Assembly: GCA_021199275.1 (NCBI GenBank) | Contig: JAJQIJ010000037.1 | Span: 14,154-78,153, forward strand | Length of the DNA: 64,000 nucleotides | Source of the DNA: Clostridiales bacterium | GTDB taxonomy: Bacteria; Bacillota; Clostridia; Oscillospirales; Acutalibacteraceae | Reading direction: 5' to 3' | Shown: piece after piece, positions 18,956 to 29,468 of the stretch | How the letters are laid out: every line of letters starts with the position of its first letter | How positions within the stretch are numbered: position 1 is the stretch's first letter | Notes under the pieces: generated by a model | What the model saw: only the letters and a program-made list of their open reading frames with translations | What the model was told of the DNA's origin: nothing | Database searches by the model: none | Program-made: the position numbers and the translations under genes

Positions 18956-21553
18956 TTAATTATGCTTTGGCAGCTTTACGGTGGCTTTAAACAAGTCGCC
19001 GTCTATTGAAAGCAAAAGCTCGCCGCCGTTTAGCCTGCAAAGTTCCTGCGCTATTGAAAGGCCAAGCCCGTTTCCCTCTTCGCTTCTGGCCTTGTCTGCA
19101 CGCACAAAACGTTCCAGCAGCTTTTCCGCCGAAATATTAAGCTGGGTTTTTGAAATGTTTTTAATTTCAAAGCAGCCAAAGCTGTCGTCTGAATAAACGC
19201 GTGCATAAACCCTGCTGCCCGGCGCTGAATATTTTTTAGCGTTTGAAAGCAGGTTTTGGTATATGCGCCAAACCTTTGCGCCGTCTGCCCAGACTATGTT
19301 GTTTTTCTGCGAATCATCAAAAACAAAGGTCAGTTCATATTTGTCAAAATCAGCCGCTTCTTCGGCTATTGCCTGCGCTGTCAGTTCGTTTAAATTAATA
19401 ATTTCTTTATTAAGCGTTACATTGCCCGTGCTTACCTTTGACACTTCAATCAAATCTTCAATCAGGTGCTTAAGCCGGTTGCTTTTTTCGCTTATTACAG
19501 AAATATATTGCTTTTCGGTTTCATCTTTAATGTCAAGCTGCTGCAAAAGGGCTGAATAATTTATTATGGAAGTCAGCGGCGTTTTCAGGTCATGCGAAAC
19601 ATTTGTTATAAGTTCAGATTTCATCTGTTCGCTTTTTACCGCCTTTGAAACCGCGTCTGTAAGGCGCATTTTGCTTTCATCATATGCCTGAACAAGAGTT
19701 TTTAACGACTTGGGCAGGCAGTCTTTGTTTTCAACCGGGCGCGCTGTTTCAAACAGCTTTACAACACTGTCCAGCTGGTGTAAAAAGCAATATGTAATGT
19801 AAAGTGTAAACGCAAAAAGCAGGAGTGACAAAAATATGAATATTGCGCCCATAACAGGCAAAGGGTCAGTCAAAGCCGCGCCTATTGCCATAAATATAAT
19901 GCTGAAAAACAGTAAAAACGCAAAAGCGGTATATCTATATTTGAAAGAAAAGTTGCTTATTGTGCGAATCGCTTTTTTAGTCTGCCGCGCAATGACTTTA
20001 AACAGCTTAATAAGCATGCCGATGGCAAACGGCAAAACGAAATTCATTATAACTTTGCGTTTTGTTTTAATATTCCGCGCAAGAGATGTAAACAGCTCTG
20101 TAAACAGCAGGTTTACGGCGACTGCCGCCGCGGCCGCGCTTACATAAAACCACCCGGAATCAAGAAAAGCATTTAAAGTGTAGTCGCTGCTGGTGTAGTA
20201 AAATCTTTCATTTTGTAAAACGCACAGTATAACCAATGCATAAACCAGCCCTGCAATGCAAACGCCGCAAATCAAGAAATGAATGTCCCACGGCAGCCTG
20301 TCTATGCCTGTTGACACCAGTTCGTGCCCGCGGTGCCCTGCAAGGCGCAGGCTGCACACAAACAGCGCCACAAGGGCTGCAAACGAAACAATGGTAAGCG
20401 TCAGGCAGCCGAAAACAGGGCTTAAGTTCAAAGAACTGCTGGCAGCAATATAGCTGCTGTAAACTTCGCTAAAGCTGTCTGAACCCGAAAAGAGCATATC
20501 GTCAAACACAAGATAAAGAGTCATGCCCGAATTGCCCAGCAGGTTTGTAACCTGCGCGGCAAAATATTGCGTCAGCTCGCCGCCGTATGAATATTCCTGC
20601 CAAGCGCTGTCTGAATAAAAAGCAGACGTGGTTTCAAGTGACATGCTGTTTATTTCGTCTTTGCTTTCGCCAAAAACATAATAGCCTATTACCCCGTCAG
20701 ACGAAATAATTCTTTGCACCGCCTGCTTACTTTCGGCATTTGTTGAAATTGTGCCGTCTGCCGATTCGGCATAATATGTCAGATTTTGCAGTGCGGCCAG
20801 CTCTTCTTTGTCATTCTGTAAAAGGGTTTCTGAATAAATATCTGAAAAGAAAAAAGTAATTGTGCTGTTATTTGAAGTTATAAACGCGCTTATATCAAAG
20901 TCCGGCGTAAAATACACGGCATCTTCAAATGCCGGCTCTTCGTCGTTACCGTAAATGTAAATTTCGCCATAATAGTTTTCGCCGTCATAACCCAAGCTGT
21001 AGTCAAAATAGCCGTCATAGCTGTATAAAACAAAAACGCCGTCAAAATACCCCTTTTGGCTGATATACTCTGAAAACACATAACCCCAAAAGTCATTTTC
21101 ACGGCCGATTTCCTGAAAATAGCTGTAATAGTTACCTACGCTGTAATCTGCTTCGGGGCATTCGTCATAATAATATTCTGCATATAAATCATTGCTCTGG
21201 GCAAATTGGCTTTTAACGCTTTCAAAATTTTCCGCGGCGCCGCAGCCGACATTGTAAAATTCCGTTATGGCGCTTACCATTTCGCCGTAGACTTTTTCAT
21301 ATTCCTGCTGCTTTTCGTCTGCTTTCAGAACATAATCTATGCTGCCAATCACAGCTTCGGTTTCATTGTAAAATTGCTTAAAATCAAATATGCTGGCATT
21401 GCCTGACTTAAAGCTGTTAGGTGAAAAAAATACTGCTGTCGTGATAACGCTAAACATGTTGATAATGAACACTATGCTGAAAAATGCCGCCGCCGCGGCA
21501 ACTGCCACCCTGCTCCATTTGCTGTATTTAAATTTTTTCCATTTTGTATCCAA
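18956..21553 (-). CDS. Sensor histidine kinase with large extracellular domain and multiple TM helices
   Basis: HisKA NVSHDLKTPLTSI; HATPase NLLSNAKKY, ERFVRAD, GNGLGLSIA; TTG start. Confidence 0.95.
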   Translation of the reverse strand: MDTKWKKFKYSKWSRVAVAAAAAFFSIVFIINMFSVITTAVFFSPNSFKSGNASIFDFKQFYNETEAVIGSIDYVLKADEKQQEYEKVYGEMVSAITEFYNVGCGAAENFESVKSQFAQSNDLYAEYYYDECPEADYSVGNYYSYFQEIGRENDFWGYVFSEYISQKGYFDGVFVLYSYDGYFDYSLGYDGENYYGEIYIYGNDEEPAFEDAVYFTPDFDISAFITSNNSTITFFFSDIYSETLLQNDKEELAALQNLTYYAESADGTISTNAESKQAVQRIISSDGVIGYYVFGESKDEINSMSLETTSAFYSDSAWQEYSYGGELTQYFAAQVTNLLGNSGMTLYLVFDDMLFSGSDSFSEVYSSYIAASSSLNLSPVFGCLTLTIVSFAALVALFVCSLRLAGHRGHELVSTGIDRLPWDIHFLICGVCIAGLVYALVILCVLQNERFYYTSSDYTLNAFLDSGWFYVSAAAAAVAVNLLFTELFTSLARNIKTKRKVIMNFVLPFAIGMLIKLFKVIARQTKKAIRTISNFSFKYRYTAFAFLLFFSIIFMAIGAALTDPLPVMGAIFIFLSLLLFAFTLYITYCFLHQLDSVVKLFETARPVENKDCLPKSLKTLVQAYDESKMRLTDAVSKAVKSEQMKSELITNVSHDLKTPLTSIINYSALLQQLDIKDETEKQYISVISEKSNRLKHLIEDLIEVSKVSTGNVTLNKEIINLNELTAQAIAEEAADFDKYELTFVFDDSQKNNIVWADGAKVWRIYQNLLSNAKKYSAPGSRVYARVYSDDSFGCFEIKNISKTQLNISAEKLLERFVRADKARSEEGNGLGLSIAQELCRLNGGELLLSIDGDLFKATVKLPKHN

Positions 21554-22217
21554 GTCCGTATACCACCTTTATGTATTTAGGGTCTTTGGGGTTTATTTCA
21601 ATTTTTTCGCGTATGTTTCTGATGTGCACGGTGACTGTGCGTTCGGCTTTAAAAGACGGTTCGTTCCACACAGCTTCATAAATCTGGCTTGACGAAAGCA
21701 CCCTGCCCATGTTTTTGCACAAATATTCAAGTATTGAATATTCAAGCGCCGTGAGCTTGATGTTTTCACCGTCAACACTGGCTGTTTTTGCGTCTGTGTC
21801 AACAACCAGCGTGCCTGTTACAAGCTGTGACTCTGTCTGCTTGAAAGATGAAAATGAAACATAGCGCCTTATCTGCGATTTAATCCTGGCCACAAGTTCC
21901 AGCGGGTTAAACGGCTTGGTAACATAGTCGTCTGCACCAAAGCCGAGCCCCGCAATTTTATCTGTGTCTTCGCTTTTTGCAGACAGCAGGATTATGGGAA
22001 AATCATATTTTTCCCTTATGCGCAGCGTGGTTTTAAGCCCGTCAAGGCGCGGCATCATTATATCAAGCACAAGGCAATGCACTTCATTGCTTTTTATCAT
22101 TTCAAGCGCTTCAATGCCGTCGTAAGCTTTGAGCACCTCGAATCCCTCATGGCGCAAATAAATTTCTATGGAATCGAGTATGCTTTTGTCGTCGTCGCAA
22201 ATCAAAACATTTTGCAT
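21528..22217 (-). CDS. OmpR-family response regulator
   Basis: LICDDD, LDIMMP, LSAK, GADDYVTKPF, winged helix VHIRNIREK, VYGLGYK. Confidence 0.96.
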   Translation of the reverse strand: MQNVLICDDDKSILDSIEIYLRHEGFEVLKAYDGIEALEMIKSNEVHCLVLDIMMPRLDGLKTTLRIREKYDFPIILLSAKSEDTDKIAGLGFGADDYVTKPFNPLELVARIKSQIRRYVSFSSFKQTESQLVTGTLVVDTDAKTASVDGENIKLTALEYSILEYLCKNMGRVLSSSQIYEAVWNEPSFKAERTVTVHIRNIREKIEINPKDPKYIKVVYGLGYKMEKI

Positions 22218-22462
22218 AAATACCTCCCGGCGATTTCGGCCGTCGCCGCGCTTCAACGCCGGTGCAAGCCGAAGATGCCATAAACCCTATACTTGGAATT
22301 AAACCACACAATAGTCAAAAACTAAAAAAGAAAATGTCAAGAAATTATAAAGTTTGAAAAACACTTGCGGTGCAAATAAAAAATTTAAAGCTGCCCTGTG
22401 TAAAAACAGATGCGGGCAGCTTTTTTTATGCGGCGCAGGATTAACAGGGCTGGCGGGACATT

Positions 22463-23875
22463 TTAGCTGATTGATTTTGTAAAAAATGCCACGAACGCTT
22501 TATATGCCATATAAAGGTCAATTTTACTTACCAGTTCATAAGGCGAATGCATTGAAAGCACCGGCACGCCTATGTCAATGGTGTCAACGTCAAGATTGGC
22601 GACATACATGGCCACAGTGCCGCCGCCGCCCGCGTCAACCTTTCCAAGCTCGCCGCTTTGCCACAGCACGCCGTTGTTTTCAAGCAGCGCTTTTATTTTG
22701 CTTACAAATTCGGCGCTCGCGTCGCTTGTGCCGCTCTTGCCGCGCGCACCGGTAAATTTGGTTACACACACGCCCTCGTTAATTTTACACGCGTTGCTCT
22801 TTTCAAACGCGCCGGCCCATGTCGGGTCAAACGCGGCGTTAACGTCTGCCGAAAGGCATTCGCTGCGGCGCAGCACATCTCTGCCCTCAAGCCCGTCAAG
22901 GCGCGCCAAATCTTCAATGAAATATTTCATATAGCTTGAATTAAGCCCCGTGTTGCCGTCGCTGCCGGTTTCTTCCTTGTCTGTCAACACCGCCATTACT
23001 GTGTATTCAGGCGTGTCGGCAATATTTGTAATTGCCGCTAAAGACGGGTATGCGCAAACCCTGTCGTCATGCCCATAGCCGCCTATCAGGCTTTTGTCAA
23101 AGCCCACGTCGTCAACAGTAAAGGCGGGCACCAGCTCAAGCTCTGCCGAAAGAAAGTCGCGTTCAACAATGCCGTATTTTTCATAAAGCAGATTTAAAAT
23201 ATTGAGCTTTATCCTGTCGCTTTCATCGTCTGTTTTAAACGGGCGCGAGCCTATTACAACATTGAGCTCTTCGCCCTTTACAAGCTCTGCCGGTTTGCGC
23301 TGATATTGTTCTGCGGCAAGGTGCGGCAAAATGTCCGTTATGCAAAACTTTGGCTCGCCCGGTTTTTCGCCAAGACAAATGTCTGTAAAGCTGCCGTCGT
23401 TTTTGCAAATTCTGCCGTGCAGAGAAAGCGGAATGGCAGTCCACTGGTATTTTTTTATGCCGCCGTAATAATGTGTTTTGAAAAAGCCCAGAGACCCGTC
23501 TTCAAAAACAGGGCATTGCTTTAAGTCAATGCGCGGCGAATCAATATGCGCGGCAGTAATTTTAATGCCGTCTGTAAGCGGGCGCGAGCCCCTGACGCAC
23601 AGAATAACCGCCTTTCCCCGGTTTGACACATAAACCCTGTCTCCCGGCTTCAGGGCGCCGCCCTTTTCGTCAAACGGCTTAAAGCCGGCGGCTTCGGCAG
23701 TCTTTTGCGCAAACGCAGCGGCTTCACGTTCCGTTTTGCATGAAAACAGAAACTCCTTGTATTCCTCTGCAAATTTATCGCAGCTTTCAAGCTCTGAGCT
23801 GCTCATAAAATCAACGCCGTTTTGTTTTTTGTTAAACAAAAGTTCCTTGAGTTCCTTTGCTGTTTTGTCTTTCAT
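22463..23875 (-). CDS. M18 family (aspartyl-type) aminopeptidase
   Basis: AHIDSPRID, HYYGGIKKYQW, GHDDRVC, DKEETGS, LSMHSP. Confidence 0.92.
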   Translation of the reverse strand: MKDKTAKELKELLFNKKQNGVDFMSSSELESCDKFAEEYKEFLFSCKTEREAAAFAQKTAEAAGFKPFDEKGGALKPGDRVYVSNRGKAVILCVRGSRPLTDGIKITAAHIDSPRIDLKQCPVFEDGSLGFFKTHYYGGIKKYQWTAIPLSLHGRICKNDGSFTDICLGEKPGEPKFCITDILPHLAAEQYQRKPAELVKGEELNVVIGSRPFKTDDESDRIKLNILNLLYEKYGIVERDFLSAELELVPAFTVDDVGFDKSLIGGYGHDDRVCAYPSLAAITNIADTPEYTVMAVLTDKEETGSDGNTGLNSSYMKYFIEDLARLDGLEGRDVLRRSECLSADVNAAFDPTWAGAFEKSNACKINEGVCVTKFTGARGKSGTSDASAEFVSKIKALLENNGVLWQSGELGKVDAGGGGTVAMYVANLDVDTIDIGVPVLSMHSPYELVSKIDLYMAYKAFVAFFTKSIS

Positions 23876-25434
23876 AATCTTTCCTCCAGAATATTATCTA
23901 TTTGTATTTTTATGTTTCTGCCGTCGTTTATAACAACGCAGTCTGACTTTTTTAAATAGAATTCTTCACTGTGCTGCGCCTGCATTCTGAGCTTTGCCTG
24001 TGCGGCGCTTATTTTGTCTCTTTGCATTATGCGGCTGAGCCTTGTTTTTTCGTCTGCCGTTACGCAGACTGTTATTTCACACAGCCTGTCACCGCCGCAT
24101 TCAAACAGCAGCGGCGCGTCAAACACACAGGGGAAAGCCGCCCCTTTCACGGCTGCGTTTAACACCGCCGGGTGCATTATTGCATTAAGAGTTGCGGTGT
24201 TTTCAGCGCTTGAAAACGCCCTTTTTGCCAACAGCTGCCTGTCTGCCGCCCCGTTTTTTATAATGTCGCTGCCAAAGGCGGCGGCCAGCTTTTCAAGTAT
24301 TTCACGGTTTTCTATAACTATTTTTGAATAATAGTCTGCGTCTGCTATATTGTAGCCAAGCTCTTTTAAATATTGGCCTACATATGCTTTGCCCGCGCCG
24401 GTCTGCCCCGTAAGCCCTATTAAAAACGGCTTTTCCAAATCAACAGTGCGAAATGCCGCGGCACGAATGAGCCTGTTGTAAACCGCAGCGCCAACGCCGC
24501 TGCCGGAGGGGCTTCTGGCATAAACCTTTTTGGCGCCCAGCTCGTCAAGGCGCCTGAGCGCTGCAAACAGATTTTTTGCCTGGCTTTCATCGCTGCCCTC
24601 TGCCCCGTAAGTCACTTTGGGAATTTTTATATTGTCTCCTTCAAAACAAAGGGCAAACACGTTTTTCTTTGAATTTACAAATTTTTCAAACTTGTCCCTG
24701 CCGCCCTTTACCACCACAACCATAGCCTGAGGCGCATAATGCTTGTATTTCATTCCGGGAGACTGCGCTTTTTCAACCGCAATATTTTCAAACGCGCCCT
24801 TTGAAAGTTCCACCGGGCCTATAACCTTTTCAATTTGCTCTTGTGTAACGGCACCGGGGCGCAATATAACCGGCACATCGCCCGCCATGGAAATAACTGT
24901 TGACTCAACGCCCACGCTGCAAGCCCCGCCGTCAATCAGCGCGTCTATTTTGCCGCCCAAATCTTGCATAACATAGCCGGCGCCGGTTGGGCTTGGGCGC
25001 CCGCTTTTATTTGCGCTTGGGGCGGCAATCGGCACGCCTGCCGCAGCAATCAGTGCCGCCGCCGTTTCGTTTTGCGGCATGCGCACACCCACCGTGTCCA
25101 GCCCGGCGCTTACACTTTCCGGTATTTTGCCGCTCTTTTTCATAATAACAGTCAGCGGCGCAGGAAAAAAGGCGTCAATCAGCGCCTGCGCTTTGGGTGG
25201 AATTTCACTTACAAGCTCTTTTATTGTTTCTTTTTTTGCAACATGAACTATAAGCGGGTTGTCGCCCGGGCGCCCCTTGGCTTTAAAAATGCTTTTTACC
25301 GCATTTTCATCAAACGCATTGGCGCCAAGGCCGTAAACCGTTTCGGTGGGAAATGCAACCAGCCCGCCGTGCCTGATTATTTCGCCCGCTTTTTCTATGT
25401 CTGATTTACTGTTTGATAAAACAAGTGTTTCCAT
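23872..25434 (-). CDS. sua5-coaE: Fusion of Sua5-type threonylcarbamoyl-AMP synthase and dephospho-CoA kinase
   Basis: Residues 1-~335: FPTETVYGLGA, KGRPGDNPLIVH, APSANKSGRPSPT, PGMKYKHYAP, NRLIRAA. Then IGLTGQTGAGK, DAD, LNAIMHP, DAPLLFE, RLSRIMQRD of CoaE in the same frame with no stop. Confidence 0.88.
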   Translation of the reverse strand: METLVLSNSKSDIEKAGEIIRHGGLVAFPTETVYGLGANAFDENAVKSIFKAKGRPGDNPLIVHVAKKETIKELVSEIPPKAQALIDAFFPAPLTVIMKKSGKIPESVSAGLDTVGVRMPQNETAAALIAAAGVPIAAPSANKSGRPSPTGAGYVMQDLGGKIDALIDGGACSVGVESTVISMAGDVPVILRPGAVTQEQIEKVIGPVELSKGAFENIAVEKAQSPGMKYKHYAPQAMVVVVKGGRDKFEKFVNSKKNVFALCFEGDNIKIPKVTYGAEGSDESQAKNLFAALRRLDELGAKKVYARSPSGSGVGAAVYNRLIRAAAFRTVDLEKPFLIGLTGQTGAGKAYVGQYLKELGYNIADADYYSKIVIENREILEKLAAAFGSDIIKNGAADRQLLAKRAFSSAENTATLNAIMHPAVLNAAVKGAAFPCVFDAPLLFECGGDRLCEITVCVTADEKTRLSRIMQRDKISAAQAKLRMQAQHSEEFYLKKSDCVVINDGRNIKIQIDNILEERL

Positions 25435-25435
25435 A

Positions 25436-26518
25436 TTATTCTTCGCCAGCCGCTTTCAGTTTCTGCGCCGTGTCGGCAGTTATAAGGGCGTCTATAAGTT
25501 CGTCAATATCACCGTTAAGGATTTGCTCAAGCTTATAAAGAGTCAGCCCTATTCTGTGGTCTGACACCCTGCCCTGCGGGTAGTTGTATGTTCTGATTCT
25601 TTCGCTGCGCTCGCCCGTGCCAACCTGCGACTTGCGCTGGCCCGCTATCTTTGCGTCTGCCTTTGCCTTTTCAGCGTCATAAAGCCGTGAACGCAGCACT
25701 TTCATTGCCTTTTCCTTGTTTTTGTGCTGGCTTCTTTCATCTTGGCATTCAACCACAGTGCCCGTTGGAATGTGCGTAATTCTTATTGCCGACGACGTTT
25801 TGTTTATATGCTGCCCGCCGGCGCCGCTGGAACGAAAGGTGTCTATCTGCAAGTCCTTTTCGTTAAGCTCAAAATCAACCTCGTCAGATTCGGCAAGCAC
25901 CGCCACGGTAACCGTTGATGTGTGTATGCGCCCCTGGCTTTCGGTTTCCGGCACACGCTGCACACGGTGCACGCCGCTTTCAAATTTAAAACGGCTGTAT
26001 GCCCCGTCTCCCTCAACGATAAAGCTTATTTCTTTATAACCGCCAAGCCCGGTTTCGTTTGCATAAACAAGCTCTGTTTTATAGCCCTTTGCCTGGGCAT
26101 ACATTGAATACATTCTGTAAAGCACGCCGGCAAACAGGGCGCTTTCTTCGCCGCCTGCGCCGCCCCTTATTTCTATTATTACGTTTTTGTCGTCATTAGG
26201 GTCGCGCGGCAGCAGCAAAACCTTTAATTCTTCTTCCAGGCGCGCCAAGTCCTGCTTGTTTTTTTCAAGCTCTTCCTTTACCATGTCTGCAAATTCACCG
26301 TCTGACTCTTCGGCAAGCATTCGGCGGTTTTCAGACTCTGCCGAAAGCGCCGCCTTGTATTCGCGGAATTTCCCCACCACGCCCGAAAGCTGCTTTTGCT
26401 CTTTCATAAGCTTAGTGTATTTTTCAATATCTGCCGCTATATCAGGCGACATTAGGCTCTGGTTTATTTTTTCAAATTTCTTTTCAACCTCTTCAAGCTT
26501 TTCAAACATTTTTAACAC
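25436..26518 (-). CDS. prfA: Peptide chain release factor 1
   Basis: [18 protein letters not shown] (PxT), [17 protein letters not shown]. Confidence 0.98.
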   Translation of the reverse strand: MLKMFEKLEEVEKKFEKINQSLMSPDIAADIEKYTKLMKEQKQLSGVVGKFREYKAALSAESENRRMLAEESDGEFADMVKEELEKNKQDLARLEEELKVLLLPRDPNDDKNVIIEIRGGAGGEESALFAGVLYRMYSMYAQAKGYKTELVYANETGLGGYKEISFIVEGDGAYSRFKFESGVHRVQRVPETESQGRIHTSTVTVAVLAESDEVDFELNEKDLQIDTFRSSGAGGQHINKTSSAIRITHIPTGTVVECQDERSQHKNKEKAMKVLRSRLYDAEKAKADAKIAGQRKSQVGTGERSERIRTYNYPQGRVSDHRIGLTLYKLEQILNGDIDELIDALITADTAQKLKAAGEE

Positions 26519-26690
26519 CTTTAATACTGTTTTCAGCCTTTATTCTGGGAATTATTATTTCCCTTTGGCATTTTGTGCAGCGCATTTTATAGTCAACGCC
26601 GACGCGCAGCAGCAAAAATTCGTTGCACCCGCAAGGGTGCGGCTTTTTCATTATAAGAATATCATTTACATTGCGCCCCACAGGCCGCAC
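26502..26690 (-). CDS. DUF951-like small protein (start uncertain, possibly GTG 26681)
   Basis: [19 protein letters not shown] motifs. Confidence 0.75.
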   Translation of the reverse strand: MRPVGRNVNDILIMKKPHPCGCNEFLLLRVGVDYKMRCTKCQREIIIPRIKAENSIKGVKNV

Positions 26691-26834
26691 CGCCTTTCAG
26701 CAAAGAGCACCCGCCGCACGATAAACGGCAGTCAGCTTTCAAATGCTATTGTAACACAAACTCCGCTTATTTACAACATAAACCGAATTTTATAAGCATA
26801 TATATGTAACATACAAATTAAAGAGAGTGATGTT

Positions 26835-27746
26835 ATGAACTTTTACCCGGAAGGTCAAAACGAAGCCCTTTCAAAAACATTTGATTCAATTGAAGACATA
26901 AAAAGCGCAATGATAAATGGAAATGTAATTGAATCGCGCGTGCTGCTGTGCGACAGCGAACATAATTTGCATGTGGATTTGGGCATAATAAGCGGTGTGA
27001 TTCCGCGTGAAGAGGGCGCTATAGGAATATCAGACGGAACTACAAGAGACATAGCCCTGATTTCCAAAGTCAACAAAAAAGTATGCTTTACAATACTTGG
27101 CTTTCAGCGCGACGATATGGGAAATATAAGCGCAATACTTTCACGAAAAGCCGTGCAGCTGGGGTGCAGAAAAAATTATATTGACAAACTTGCCCCGGGC
27201 GACATTATTGACGCTAAAGTAACGCACCTGGAAAAATTCGGCGCATTTATTGACATAGGCGCAGGCATAAACGCGCTTATTCCAATTGACATGCTTTCAG
27301 TTTCACGAATAAACCACCCCGCCGAAAGGGTGAGCGAGGGGCAGTGCATAAAAACCGTGCTGCGAAAAAGAGAGCCGGGCAAGCTGACCTTTTCGCTTAA
27401 AGAGCTGCTTGGCACCTGGCGTGAAAACGCCGCGCTTTTCAAGCCGGGCGAAACAGTCACCGGAATTGTAAGGAGCATTGAAACATATGGCGTTTTTGTG
27501 GAACTTGCGCCTAATCTTGCAGGCCTTGCAGAGCCCGGCGACTGCCTGTTTGAAGGGCAGAAGGTGGCGGTGTATATAAAATCTGTGCTGCCTGACAAAA
27601 TGAAAATCAAGCTTGTTATAGTTGAAGCCTTTGAAGAAGCCGAAAAGCCGCAGGAACTTACATATTTCATTTCCGGCGGGCATATTGAGCGCTTTGACTA
27701 TTCCACACCGAACGCGCCAAAGGAAATTTTTACCGTTTTTGAATAA
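26835..27746 (+). CDS. S1 RNA-binding domain protein
   Basis: Repeated S1 motifs (KVTHLEKFGAFIDIG; VRSIETYGVFVEL). Confidence 0.85.
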   Translation: MNFYPEGQNEALSKTFDSIEDIKSAMINGNVIESRVLLCDSEHNLHVDLGIISGVIPREEGAIGISDGTTRDIALISKVNKKVCFTILGFQRDDMGNISAILSRKAVQLGCRKNYIDKLAPGDIIDAKVTHLEKFGAFIDIGAGINALIPIDMLSVSRINHPAERVSEGQCIKTVLRKREPGKLTFSLKELLGTWRENAALFKPGETVTGIVRSIETYGVFVELAPNLAGLAEPGDCLFEGQKVAVYIKSVLPDKMKIKLVIVEAFEEAEKPQELTYFISGGHIERFDYSTPNAPKEIFTVFE

Positions 27747-27805
27747 ATGCTTGCGCCCTAATAAATCCCCTTTTCATGCAGATACTAAGCAAAAGGGGGT
27801 TTTCT

Positions 27806-29269
27806 GTGGAATCTTTATGGCTGAAAGACAGCTTTATTAAACCGTTTGAGCCCCTCAAGCGCAACATAAAAACAGACGTGGTTATAATAGGCGCCGGAAT
27901 GGCCGGAATTTTATGCGCGCACGAGCTTAAAAAGCGCGGCGTGCGCGCAGCGGTTATTGAAGGCGGCTCGGTGGGCAGCGGGCAGACGAAAAATACAACT
28001 GCAAAAATAACCGCACAGCATGGCATTATTTACAGCAGGCTTTTTAAAAATTTCGGCGCTGAATATGCGCGCCTTTATGCGCAGGCAAATATGGCGGCAA
28101 TTGAAAAATATGCCCAAATCATAAAAGAAAACGGCATTGACTGCAATTTTGAGCGGCGCGCCGCCGTTTTGTATTCCGAAATCAATGCAAGAGAAATCAA
28201 AGATGAAGCGCTGGCGGCAATAAAAGCCGGAATACCCTGCCGCCTGACAGACGAAACCGAACTGCCGTTAAATGTTCGCGCCGCGCTTGTTTTTGAAAAC
28301 CAGGCGCAATTTAACCCGCTGAAATTTTTAGGCGCCGTCGCAGAGCAGCTTGAAATATATGAAAACACATATGCGTCTGCCGTAACAAACAACACGGTTT
28401 ATACAAACGGCGGCACAATAACAGGTGAATTCATAATTTTCGCCTGCCATTACCCATTTATTAATTTTCCGGGGCTGTATTTTTTAAAAATGAGCCGCAG
28501 CCGCAGCTATTGCTTGGCATCTCAGGCTGACTTTCATGCAAGCGCAATGTATTATTCAAATGACCCCGGCGCTTTGTCTGTGCGCAGCTATAATGGTTTT
28601 ACCATATTCGCTGCCGAAGCTCACCGCACCGGAAAAGCCCCGGCATATAACCCTTTTGAAAAAATTAAAGAAACGGCGTGCCGCAGCTTTGGCAGGGTAA
28701 ACGAATATTGCCGCTGGTCTGCACAGGACTGTGTGACTCTTGACAACATGCCTTATATAGGCCGTTTTAGCATTCACCAAAAAAACTGGCTTGTTTTAAC
28801 AGGCTTTAATAAATGGGGCATGACAAGCTCGGCGGCCGGGGCTGACATTATTTCAGACATGGTGTGCGGTAAGAAAAACAAATATGAAAAGGTTTTTGCC
28901 CCTGACAGATTTAATTTTAAAGCGTCATATATTAATGCGGCAGCTAATTTTAAAGCCACCGCGTCTGCCTATGCCGGGCGTTTGCTGCCTGTGCCGGCGC
29001 CGCTTGAAAAGTGCGAAATTCCACGCGGCACTGCCGCGGTTGTACTTTATAAAGGCAAAAAAGCCGGCGCTTACCGCGACGACTGCGGGGCGCTGCACAT
29101 AGTTTCGCTTAAATGCCCCCACATGGGCTGCGCGCTGAAATGGAACGCAGCAGAAAAAAGCTGGGACTGCCCCTGCCACGGCTCCCGCTTTGATTACAGG
29201 GGCCGGCTTATAGACAACCCGGCTCAAAGCACGTCAATAATTATTGACACACCGGGCGGCAAAAATTAA
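27806..29269 (+). CDS. FAD-dependent oxidoreductase with C-terminal Rieske [2Fe-2S] domain
   Basis: IIGAGMAG, TTAKIT, FNKWGMT, CPHMGC...WDCPCHGS. Start placed at GTG 27806 after AAAAGGGGG. Confidence 0.9.
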   Translation: MESLWLKDSFIKPFEPLKRNIKTDVVIIGAGMAGILCAHELKKRGVRAAVIEGGSVGSGQTKNTTAKITAQHGIIYSRLFKNFGAEYARLYAQANMAAIEKYAQIIKENGIDCNFERRAAVLYSEINAREIKDEALAAIKAGIPCRLTDETELPLNVRAALVFENQAQFNPLKFLGAVAEQLEIYENTYASAVTNNTVYTNGGTITGEFIIFACHYPFINFPGLYFLKMSRSRSYCLASQADFHASAMYYSNDPGALSVRSYNGFTIFAAEAHRTGKAPAYNPFEKIKETACRSFGRVNEYCRWSAQDCVTLDNMPYIGRFSIHQKNWLVLTGFNKWGMTSSAAGADIISDMVCGKKNKYEKVFAPDRFNFKASYINAAANFKATASAYAGRLLPVPAPLEKCEIPRGTAAVVLYKGKKAGAYRDDCGALHIVSLKCPHMGCALKWNAAEKSWDCPCHGSRFDYRGRLIDNPAQSTSIIIDTPGGKN

Positions 29270-29295
29270 CACCGCCGCCGGCAAACACAAAAAAC

Positions 29296-29319
29296 GCCCC
29301 GCAGCAAATGCTGCGGGGC
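29296..29319. terminator. Intrinsic terminator hairpin between convergent genes
   Basis: GCCCCGCAGC-AAAT-GCTGCGGGGC, A-run upstream. Confidence 0.75.
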
Positions 29320-29345
29320 ATTAATTTTGATAGCATTTGAAAAGC

Positions 29346-29448
29346 TGCCCCCGCCTCTTAAAACTGCGGGTGCCGCCTTTGCCCTGGGGTGAAAGCCAAA
29401 GCTTCCGCCTGAGCGGGCAAAGCCCTTACCAAATGTTGATGTTCCGGC
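29346..29448 (+). repeat. Diverged repeat X, related to copy Y at 30545-30640
   Basis: Collinear shared blocks GCGGGTG / GCC(C/T)TGG / TG(A/C)AAGCCAAA / GCGGGC / GCCC with the reverse complement of 30545-30640. Confidence 0.55.
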
Positions 29449-29468
29449 AAAGAACTCAATTAAATAAT

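Noticed and set aside
18635-18956. tRNA-Val as attachment site of an integrated element
   Set aside because: No integrase nearby, no duplicated tRNA 3' end noticed, and flanking genes have host-like composition.
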